Positions 35,487 through 43,273 of a DNA stretch of 64,000 nt are shown here, piece after piece. The notes under the pieces were generated by a model. The model saw only the letters and a program-made list of their open reading frames with translations, made no database searches and had not been told where the DNA came from. The position numbers were made by a program, and so were the translations under genes. Each line of letters starts with the position of its first letter. The stretch's first letter is position 1. This stretch comes from Prolixibacteraceae bacterium. Its GTDB lineage: Bacteria; Bacteroidota; Bacteroidia; Bacteroidales; Prolixibacteraceae. The stretch lies in NCBI GenBank assembly GCA_963677325.2, contig CAXXGM010000007.1, positions 414,146 through 478,145 on the forward strand. Reading direction: 5' to 3'.

Positions 35487-36332
35487 TTACTTATTTATTC
35501 CTGCTTCCCATTCGTAAATCTTATCCTGTGCATTTCTTGCATCCGGAGAACCCGGTAAGATAAGCATGTACTTTTTCATGCTTAGAATAGCCTGGTCAAA
35601 TTGCCTTAGCTGGGCATAGATCAATGCCATGTTGAAGTAAGCATCCGGGAAACCTGTTTCGTTTATCTGAAGGGCCTGCTTAAAATAGTTGAGGGCCTGA
35701 CCATAGTCTTTTGTTTGCGTGGCGGCATTTGCCTGAACGATGAATTTCCTTTGTTCTTCAGAAACCGGTTGTTTTGCAGCCTGTCCTTTATACTTTTCGA
35801 CAACCGAAGCAAACCGTGTCAACTCAGATCCAACAGACTCGGTGATGGTTTGTCTTTTAATAAAATACAAATCGTCCGCAAGCCGGCACATTAAATCGTA
35901 ATCCAGACTGTAAATATCGGTCAAATTTTCTCCAAATTGAATGCCAATCTGATACATTACAACATGTTTCCCGCTTTCTTTTTGGAGCCGGTTTCCCCAG
36001 ACAAAAAATACGTCATTAGATGATTTAGCAATATCAAGATTAAAGTTTATCAGCGAGGTCGTAATAAGGAATCCATCACCTTCCATGACCGCTTTATCAA
36101 TAAGTGTCCGGTTACTGGTCAATTTTACCCTGACATAAGGTTTGCTGGAATAAAAATGTACCGTCTCTTTTTTGTTTAAGATACTCAGTATTTCCTGCTG
36201 AGCCTCTTTAATCGTGCGAATATTTTCCGGAAGTTTGGACTTGTACTGATCGAGAGTTTGTGCATGAGTTGCGAAAGTCAGCCCAAACATGATAGCTGAA
36301 ACAAAGAACATTTCAAATCGGATCTTTTTCAT
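35487..36332 (-). CDS. Array paralogue 6: signal peptide + variable N-domain + conserved TPR-like C-module ending DKIYEWE
   Basis: '..PVSEEQRKFIVQANAATQTKDY..AYFNMALIYAQLRQFDQAI..ARNAQDKIYEWEAGINK'. I chose the start at 'MKKIRFEMFF' (36332) to avoid overlapping the upstream gene; the track starts at 36368. Confidence 0.7.
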   Translation of the reverse strand: MKKIRFEMFFVSAIMFGLTFATHAQTLDQYKSKLPENIRTIKEAQQEILSILNKKETVHFYSSKPYVRVKLTSNRTLIDKAVMEGDGFLITTSLINFNLDIAKSSNDVFFVWGNRLQKESGKHVVMYQIGIQFGENLTDIYSLDYDLMCRLADDLYFIKRQTITESVGSELTRFASVVEKYKGQAAKQPVSEEQRKFIVQANAATQTKDYGQALNYFKQALQINETGFPDAYFNMALIYAQLRQFDQAILSMKKYMLILPGSPDARNAQDKIYEWEAGINK

Positions 36333-36354
36333 ATTTTCAGTTTTAGTAAGTCGA

Positions 36355-37218
36355 TTATTTCGCCACATTCAATTCCCATTCGTAAATTTTATCCTGAGCG
36401 CTTCGTGCATCCGAACCATCCGGTTCCAGCAGAAGGTATTTCTTCATATAGAAGATAGCAGCATCAAAATTGCTTACCTGTGCCGAAAGCAAGGCTAAAT
36501 TGGAATAGGCCGCCGGATATGCAGTTGGGTCTATTTCAACTGCTTTTTTATACAGTTCAATGGCCTTGTCAAACATTTTCTTTTCATTCAGAGAATTGGC
36601 CTGTACAATGAACCTCCTTTGCTCTTCCGAAACAGCTGGTTTTATTTTTAATTCGCGATACTTTGCGGCTATTGATTTAAAAAGGCTGAGCAATGAATCA
36701 TTTTGTTGAATACTATTGAACGGCTGTTCACTATAAAGATGATAGTATTGCTGAAAAAAACATAAATAATTGGCTAATTGTTTGAAATTCCCAGTGTTCG
36801 CTTCAGTAGTGAATCTTAATCCTCCAAGTCTTATCGTGTAACCGCTCCAACTGGGTGGTACGTCGTCAACCCGAATAATTTCAATAGGTGTTTTCAGTAA
36901 TTTCGAAAAAAGCCAGGTACTTGCTTTATTACGTTTATAGGTAATATTAAATCCATCATCAGAAACAGAAACATCTTTGGGGAAACTGCTGGGCCTGTTA
37001 CGATCATCCCAACTTTCGGTTTCCCTTAATAATTTTGCCAGGCTATTTTTTGCCTCATTAAATTCAGCCTTGGGAATAACTGGATAATAATAATGCTTTT
37101 CATTCTGTGTCTTTGTCTGTGCATTTGAAGCGGCACTCAAAAGCACAACAGCTAATAATGTGATTAATCTAAGTTTGATGTTCATTTGACCCGGTTTAGT
37201 GCTCAAAAGAGTTTTCAT
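36355..37218 (-). CDS. Array paralogue 5 (same architecture)
   Basis: '..PAVSEEQRRFIVQANSLNEKKMF..AYSNLALLSAQVSNFDAAIFYMKKYLLLEP..SAQDKIYEWELNVAK'. An alternative start 'MNIKLRL' is at 37185. Confidence 0.7.
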   Translation of the reverse strand: MKTLLSTKPGQMNIKLRLITLLAVVLLSAASNAQTKTQNEKHYYYPVIPKAEFNEAKNSLAKLLRETESWDDRNRPSSFPKDVSVSDDGFNITYKRNKASTWLFSKLLKTPIEIIRVDDVPPSWSGYTIRLGGLRFTTEANTGNFKQLANYLCFFQQYYHLYSEQPFNSIQQNDSLLSLFKSIAAKYRELKIKPAVSEEQRRFIVQANSLNEKKMFDKAIELYKKAVEIDPTAYPAAYSNLALLSAQVSNFDAAIFYMKKYLLLEPDGSDARSAQDKIYEWELNVAK

Positions 37219-37253
37219 TTTTTAAGGTTCTTTAGTTTCAGTCTAAGAATTGA

Positions 37254-38081
37254 TTATTTAGCTATCATGGCTTCCCATTCATAAATTTTATCCTGAGCAT
37301 TACGTGCATCTGAAGCATCAGGTACAAGAAGCACGTATTTTTTCATATTCAAAATAGCCATGTCAAATAAACGTTCTCCAGCATACAACAAAGACATATT
37401 ATAATAAGCTTCAGGGTACGCGATTGGATTCACTTCAACAACCTTTTTATAGACTCCTGCAGCTTTTATATATTCCTTCGCCTGAGAGAAAAGATTAGCC
37501 TGAACAATGTATTTTCTCTGTTCTTCTGATAATGAAGGTTTTGGATTTGCATTGCGATATTGCTCAACCAATGGCATGAAGCCTTTTAATTGGTATTCGG
37601 CATTCTTCACATTAAACTTATGTTGTAAACTATACAGAATATCACATAAATCTTTGGCCTTTTCAAGGCTGATATGGTCAAATTTAAAACGGAAGTTATT
37701 CTTCAATTGAAGGTAGTAAAATACCCTCATTTCTTGACTTTTGTTTAAATATTGTTCCTTATTAACTGACAAACCAGAATCAAAATCATCAAAGTTGATA
37801 ACTATTTTATCAGTTTTATTTGATAGGATACAGATATTATCATTATTTATCTCAACATTTTTATAAGATACAGTTTGGTCGTTTGATAATATCCAACATG
37901 ACTTGAGTAACCGATAAAGTGTTTCCTTATCTTTATCAAATGTTAAATCAAAACTTATAACTTTAGGCTGATAATTGGTCCAAGGAATTGAAGTATTATG
38001 CGAATCTTCCTTTATTTGAGCATAACATGCTATTGCATAAGAAAACAAGATAGTCGACAATAAATACTGAATATATTTCAT
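37254..38081 (-). CDS. Array paralogue 4 (same architecture)
   Basis: '..PSLSEEQRKYIVQANLFSQAKEY..AYYNMSLLYAGERLFDMAI..ARNAQDKIYEWEAMIAK'. Confidence 0.7.
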   Translation of the reverse strand: MKYIQYLLSTILFSYAIACYAQIKEDSHNTSIPWTNYQPKVISFDLTFDKDKETLYRLLKSCWILSNDQTVSYKNVEINNDNICILSNKTDKIVINFDDFDSGLSVNKEQYLNKSQEMRVFYYLQLKNNFRFKFDHISLEKAKDLCDILYSLQHKFNVKNAEYQLKGFMPLVEQYRNANPKPSLSEEQRKYIVQANLFSQAKEYIKAAGVYKKVVEVNPIAYPEAYYNMSLLYAGERLFDMAILNMKKYVLLVPDASDARNAQDKIYEWEAMIAK

Positions 38082-38304
38082 AATATTATTAATTAAAATC
38101 TATTTTCCTTAATCTTCTGTTTACCTCTTCACCTAAAGTGCATATTTATTCACTAATCACCAGTCTATATCTGCTCTATGTTTGGTCCGTATTTGGTTCG
38201 CTTCCGGTTCGTAATTGAAAAAGAAAGAAATTTAAAGAAGTTTGCATAATTATTGATTATATTTTGCATAATTATACGCTTTGTCTCCATTTAGTAATTA
38301 ATTG

Positions 38305-39102
38305 TTATTTACCCAACTCTCCTTCCCATTCATAAATTTTATCCCGGGCACTGCGGGAGTCTGAAGCCTCAGGCTCGAGAAGAAGGTACTTCTTCATATA
38401 GAAGATAGCGGCATCAAAATTGTTTACCTGTGCCGAAAGCAAGGCTAAATTGGAATAAGCACCCGGATACGCAGTCGGATCTATTTCAACTGCTTTTTTA
38501 TACAATTCGATGGCTTTCCCGTACATTTTTTGTTGATTATTTGAATTAGCCTGTACGATAAATTTTCTTTGCTCTTCCGAAACTGGCGGTTTCACTTTCA
38601 TTTCCCGATACTTTGCGGCTATCGGTTCAAAGAGATTAAGCTGAGTCTCATAACGCTTTTTTTGGGTCTGATTTTGTATAAAGATTAGATTTTGTCTCAA
38701 CTCCTCCAATTTATTAAAATTACTTTTGACCCACCCATTGGTGATAAATTCATATTTATCGAGCACCAGTACGATTTTGGTTTTTCTATAATTTGCAGAT
38801 GGGATGGAATCATCGAGGAAGTCTGTAAAATAAATGGCCGAATTTTGCTTGTCAATTTTGAATTCAATCCTGTCATCCATTACCGCCAGATCTTTCGGGG
38901 TGCCGCTTAACTGATTTCGTTTATCGTAAATCTCAACTTTATCATTTAATATTTTGGCTATGTCCGCTTTTACTTCCCCTATTTTTTTATTGGCCTGAGT
39001 TAGCGGAGTGCTGCCGGCATTCAAACTTTTTTTGGATTGTGCAAGTGCATTAAATGTCAAAAGCACCAAAGTCAATAAGGTCAGTGATCGAAGGATTTTC
39101 AT
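38305..39102 (-). CDS. Array paralogue 3 (same architecture; N-domain related to paralogue 1, C-module closest to paralogue 5)
   Basis: '..PPVSEEQRKFIVQANSNNQQKMY..AYSNLALLSAQVNNFDAAIFYMKKYLLLEP..SARDKIYEWEGELGK'. Confidence 0.7.
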   Translation of the reverse strand: MKILRSLTLLTLVLLTFNALAQSKKSLNAGSTPLTQANKKIGEVKADIAKILNDKVEIYDKRNQLSGTPKDLAVMDDRIEFKIDKQNSAIYFTDFLDDSIPSANYRKTKIVLVLDKYEFITNGWVKSNFNKLEELRQNLIFIQNQTQKKRYETQLNLFEPIAAKYREMKVKPPVSEEQRKFIVQANSNNQQKMYGKAIELYKKAVEIDPTAYPGAYSNLALLSAQVNNFDAAIFYMKKYLLLEPEASDSRSARDKIYEWEGELGK

Positions 39103-39131
39103 AGGTTTAATTTATATTTATTTTTTACTTT

Positions 39132-39929
39132 TCATTTAGCCATCATGGCCTCCCACTCATAGATCTTATCCTGGGCGCTGCGCGCATCCGGAGCATCGGG
39201 TACCAGTTTCAGGTACTTTTTCATGCGATTAATAGCCTCATCATATCGACCAACCATAACAAAAAGCAAGGCCTGATTATTGTACACCATGGGATTAGTG
39301 GGATCAAGCAGAATTGCTTTTTCGTAAAATTCGATGGCTTGATTATAATTCTTTGATTGAGTCATCGCGTTGGCCTGTACTATAAACCTTCGTTCGTCTT
39401 CCGATATTGGAGGTTTTTCTTTTAGCGCCCGGTATTTAGCTGCGATCAAGTCAAAATCTTCAGCATCTTTCAAATTAACAAAATGTTGCATGTTTTGAAA
39501 ATAGACCAGATCATCAGCGAATCTTTTAGCAAATTCTAAGTCCCGGATTCTCCAGTAAAGTGTCAAATCAGGCAATACCATTTCGTATACTTTCCCGAGG
39601 TACGAATATTCCAAAATTTCAATCTTTTGTTTGGTAGTATATAGAAACAGGTATTTATCCAATTTTTTTGTGACATTAAACGAGACCCCATTTTTCGTGA
39701 TAACCACCTCTTTATCTTCGGGTATATATTGAGTCTTTAGCGATTTGCCTAAATTTACACTGTAAACCTTACCTAACATCTCGGAGAATTCCTTTTTGAC
39801 TGAGTCCAGTTTTTCAAGGGTGTTGTATCTGAGCGTTCCGCTATACACCGGAGTGATTTTTTGAGCTGTTGCCGGGACAGTTATGGAAACCAATAATGCG
39901 CAGATGATTGAATAGATATTTTTCTTCAT
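39132..39929 (-). CDS. Array paralogue 2 (same architecture)
   Basis: '..PPISEDERRFIVQANAMTQSKNY..VYNNQALLFVMVGRYDEAI..ARSAQDKIYEWEAMMAK'. Confidence 0.7.
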   Translation of the reverse strand: MKKNIYSIICALLVSITVPATAQKITPVYSGTLRYNTLEKLDSVKKEFSEMLGKVYSVNLGKSLKTQYIPEDKEVVITKNGVSFNVTKKLDKYLFLYTTKQKIEILEYSYLGKVYEMVLPDLTLYWRIRDLEFAKRFADDLVYFQNMQHFVNLKDAEDFDLIAAKYRALKEKPPISEDERRFIVQANAMTQSKNYNQAIEFYEKAILLDPTNPMVYNNQALLFVMVGRYDEAINRMKKYLKLVPDAPDARSAQDKIYEWEAMMAK

Positions 39930-40002
39930 AATCTTTTAGTCTAAAAACGTTTCAATTCTCCTGGATAAACTGTTCCCGGTTTCACTGTTTACCGTTCTCC
40001 GT

Positions 40003-40821
40003 TTACTTACTTATCATCGCCTCCCATTCATAAATTTTATCCTGGGCGCTTCTGGCATCTGAAGCTTCCGGTTCGAGTAGCAGGTACCATTTCATATAGG
40101 TTATTGCTGCTTTAAAATCATTTACCTGCGCACTAAGCAAAGCTAAATTTGAATAACCAGCCGGATAGGCTACCGCATCCGTGTCAATGACCTTTCTATA
40201 AAGCTCTATCGCTTTACTGTAATTTTTCTGTTGACTGAATAAATTGGCCTGAACGATAAATTTTCTCAGTTCTTCCGATAGGGGAGGTTTGACGCTCAAG
40301 GCACGATACTCTTTTATCTTTTGTAAAAACGCGGCCATGTTAGCCTCTTCCTTCTTAATTTTAAAATCTTTCTGAATAATGATCAGATTTTGCCTTAATT
40401 CAACAAGCCTCTTGTAATTGTTATTAAAACCTCCGGATATCAAATCGAAATTCAGCAGAGATAAAATTGATTTATTCTTCTTAAAATAGACAGCTGGAAT
40501 GGGGTCACCGGCCAGGTCGGTAAAATAAATAGCAGTATTCTGATCTTTGATTTTGAATTCAATCCGATCGTCCAAAACCTTTATGTCCTGAGGAGAATCT
40601 CTCAATTGAGTTTTTTTGTCGAAAACCTCTATTTTTTCCTTTAGAATATCAGCAATGGTGGCCTTCACCTGAACAATATCCTGTTCCGGTTGAGATTTTG
40701 GATCAATTATGACTGAACTGTTTTTGTCATTGATTACATTTCCTAAAGGTCTGGACTGCCCAAATGCAGCAAATGTGCAAAATGCGAGGGTCAATGCTGT
40801 TATTAATCGGATGGTTTTCAT
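40003..40821 (-). CDS. Array paralogue 1 (same architecture; first gene of the array)
   Basis: '..PPLSEELRKFIVQANLFSQQKNY..GYSNLALLSAQVNDFKAAI..ARSAQDKIYEWEAMISK'. Confidence 0.7.
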   Translation of the reverse strand: MKTIRLITALTLAFCTFAAFGQSRPLGNVINDKNSSVIIDPKSQPEQDIVQVKATIADILKEKIEVFDKKTQLRDSPQDIKVLDDRIEFKIKDQNTAIYFTDLAGDPIPAVYFKKNKSILSLLNFDLISGGFNNNYKRLVELRQNLIIIQKDFKIKKEEANMAAFLQKIKEYRALSVKPPLSEELRKFIVQANLFSQQKNYSKAIELYRKVIDTDAVAYPAGYSNLALLSAQVNDFKAAITYMKWYLLLEPEASDARSAQDKIYEWEAMISK

Positions 40822-41166
40822 GGCAAAATGTTGTATTAGCTTTTACAATTCGGTTATTGATAATTTATTAGTGACAGCTACCCTTATCCAATAAACATTG
40901 GGCATACTGTTCCGAAAATAAATTCAACTAAAATATAAATTATTTCCTTAGAGTGGACAATTTATTTTAGTTTCTATGAATTAATCTATTCATTCTCAGT
41001 CCTTCGTTCTGTAAATTGAATCCATATGATATATAGAAAGTTAATTGATGTAATTCAACCTGTTTTTGAAACATTTTAATTCTGTTTGTTCCGATTGCTG
41101 AATTGGAATAAACCTTCGGCCGAAGCCTGACCTCAACGGGATTGGCTCGTACTATCTGTATCCCAT

Positions 41167-41267
41167 CTGTGCACTTTCTGTGCTATTTCAGCACAGAAAC
41201 TGCACAGAAACTGCACAGAAACTGCACAGAAACTGCACAGAAACTGCACAGTAAGTGCACAGTGAAA
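41167..41267. repeat. 11-nt tandem repeat (gcacagaaact x5 perfect + 2 degenerate) preceded by two inverted units, giving a 17-bp hairpin
   Basis: Read directly. 'ctgtgcactttctgtgc' (41167-41183) is the near reverse complement of the first direct units. The direct units start at 41191. Confidence 0.9.
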
Positions 41268-41314
41268 CCAGCTTTGATATCTTCTTTGTAGTTTAAGGAA
41301 CTATCTTCTTAAAT

Positions 41315-42169
41315 TTAGTTAGCTGCTTTTTTGAAAGTCCTGTGGATTGATTTCAGCAATCCCTGAGGGGTCCATTCCGGCACGATCATCCTGCGGACAG
41401 TTTGCAAAGGGAAAGCCGAATCGCGTGGTGTTGCGAGCGAAAAAGAAAGTTTAAAATATTTATTTAACTCTTCGGCCCCTTTGTGGTTATATATCCCATC
41501 CGGGTAAGCCCAGTATTCTATTGGACTGTTCACGATTTTCTCCAGCTTTTTTTTCGGGTCTGTTACCTCTTTTCGCCAGTCGGATTCATCTTTATATTTG
41601 GTCACCATCACATGATCCCAACTATGCAGCCCAACGCAATGGCCGGCTTTTGACAGCTGTGCAATCTGTTCGGTGGTCATGTAATTCTTCTTGTTGTAGG
41701 TGATGGTCATGATGAAGAAAACTCCTCTGAATCCATACTTCTCCATCACCGGAGCTGCAATCATAAAATGCTCAATTCTTGAATCATCAAATGTGATCAT
41801 CACCGGCTTTTGAGGCAAAGCCTTATTATAAACGAGATAGTCATACAGCTGAGCTGGCAGAATAGAGTGATAACCGCTATCAGCCAGTATTTTCATGTCA
41901 GCTTCAAATGTTGCGGGAGTCACCTCATATTCGCTTTTCCGGTCCGTGCCTATACGATGGTAGCAAAGGACCGGTATTTCCGGCTTGGCAAGAATTTTGT
42001 CCGGAGTATTAGGTATCGGTTTTACCTCCGCGGTGTCCTTTACTGCAACCGGGTTGGTTGTCGCGTCCAATTTTGAGGTTCGTTGGTGTTGTTTGGGTGG
42101 ATTACAACTTACAACAGTTGATCCCAGGAATATCGGAATTAAAAGAAAAAATATTGTTTTCGTTTTCAT
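41315..42169 (-). CDS. Polysaccharide deacetylase (NodB homology, CE4) lipoprotein
   Basis: Lipobox 'LGSTVVSC', and NodB motifs 'VMITFDDSRIEH' and 'HSWDH'. Confidence 0.75.
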   Translation of the reverse strand: MKTKTIFFLLIPIFLGSTVVSCNPPKQHQRTSKLDATTNPVAVKDTAEVKPIPNTPDKILAKPEIPVLCYHRIGTDRKSEYEVTPATFEADMKILADSGYHSILPAQLYDYLVYNKALPQKPVMITFDDSRIEHFMIAAPVMEKYGFRGVFFIMTITYNKKNYMTTEQIAQLSKAGHCVGLHSWDHVMVTKYKDESDWRKEVTDPKKKLEKIVNSPIEYWAYPDGIYNHKGAEELNKYFKLSFSLATPRDSAFPLQTVRRMIVPEWTPQGLLKSIHRTFKKAAN

Positions 42170-42557
42170 ATAAAGTGCTCTTCAATAAATCATTGTGTTT
42201 GCAAAAGAAGCCTTGTTCGTTTCTACAATAGTAAATAAAAAATCAGCTTGTTAAAGTCAAAACGACGAAGAATTGTTATATATATTTCACAAAACAGGAA
42301 ATTGATTTCTGAGGCATTTTTTTAATTCAAACTTCTCTGTTAAACCAGGTTCTCGCCTTAACCGACAATTATTCACAGCACTTGAATTTAATTCTCTTCC
42401 TGTTTTAAGCTAATCCGGCTTGATTTTTGTATCTTGTATTTGCTAATTAATTGTTCTTTAACGGTCTGATGGAACCTGCCTGATAATCACAAACTCGTAT
42501 GAGTAAATGTAGAATGGTTCGTTTCATTAAACCAAAAGTTCAGGAAGGAGAAATTTT

Positions 42558-42902
42558 ATGATAGTAAAAGATCTTTCATTTGGCACCATCAATATTGATG
42601 GGGAGACTTACAGAAAGGATGTGATCATCGATAATGGTTCGGTAAAAAAAAGGGAAAAGGAAGCATCTAAAAAATACGCTGACCGGTACGGTCATACTCC
42701 GTTATCATCCGATGAGAACATTCCATGGAACTGCAGGCGTCTTGTTGTCGGGACAGGGCAAAGTTCAGCTCTGCCCGTTATGGAAGAAGTCCGTAATGTG
42801 GCGGCTCGGAAAGGTGTCGAGCTGAAGATTATGAGCACCCCGGAAGCTGTTAAGCATCTCAATGATCCGGATACCAATTTTGTTCTTCATTTAACCTGTT
42901 GA
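42558..42902 (+). CDS. Mth938-like (DUF498) domain protein
   Basis: 114 aa. 'FGTINIDGETYRKDVII' and 'LVVGTGQSSALPV' fit the Mth938/NDUFAF3-like pattern. Unusually for this window, it is preceded by a strong SD-like 'aggaaggag'. Confidence 0.55.
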   Translation: MIVKDLSFGTINIDGETYRKDVIIDNGSVKKREKEASKKYADRYGHTPLSSDENIPWNCRRLVVGTGQSSALPVMEEVRNVAARKGVELKIMSTPEAVKHLNDPDTNFVLHLTC

Positions 42903-42939
42903 AAGTTATAAATTTCAGCATTAAGCCTTCAGACCCGGC

Positions 42940-43182
42940 ATGGAATTAACTCCAATAAATGTAGAATCTTATTCCGGATATAAAACGGATGAATACCCGA
43001 AATGCTTTTATCTGAATTATACAAGATATGATATTCAGGAGATCACCGACCGCTGGTATCAGGCTGAATCAAATCCTGATTGGCCGGTTTCGGATTATTT
43101 CAAAATCATTACGATTGCGGGCAATCAATACTTAATCAAACATGATCTTGAAAGAGATGAATGGTTTTTGGTTATTGATTAA
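42940..43182 (+). CDS. Hypothetical 80-aa protein, apparently co-transcribed with the Mth938-like gene
   Basis: Clean ORF 37 nt downstream, with no recognisable motif. Confidence 0.45.
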   Translation: MELTPINVESYSGYKTDEYPKCFYLNYTRYDIQEITDRWYQAESNPDWPVSDYFKIITIAGNQYLIKHDLERDEWFLVID

Positions 43183-43265
43183 TAGGCTGTAAGCTGTAGG
43201 CTGAAGACTGAAGGCTACAGACTTCAGTCTTCGGCCTAAAGCCTGCAGTCTAAAGCCTAAAGTCA
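43183..43265. repeat. Heptamer-built imperfect palindrome (taggctg/taagctg/aagactg ... cagtctt/aagcctg/cagtcta) filling a convergent intergenic gap
   Basis: 'ggctgaagactgaagg' pairs with 'cttcagtcttcggcc'. The 7-nt periodicity was read directly. It starts 1 nt after the stop at 43182. Confidence 0.8.
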
Positions 43266-43273
43266 ACTGATGG

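Noticed and set aside
40822-40835. 'gcaaaatgt' next to the first array gene as a -7 promoter box.
   Set aside because: On the minus strand it reads ACATTTTG, which misses the TA of TAnnTTTG, and it abuts the start codon. It is not convincing enough to annotate.
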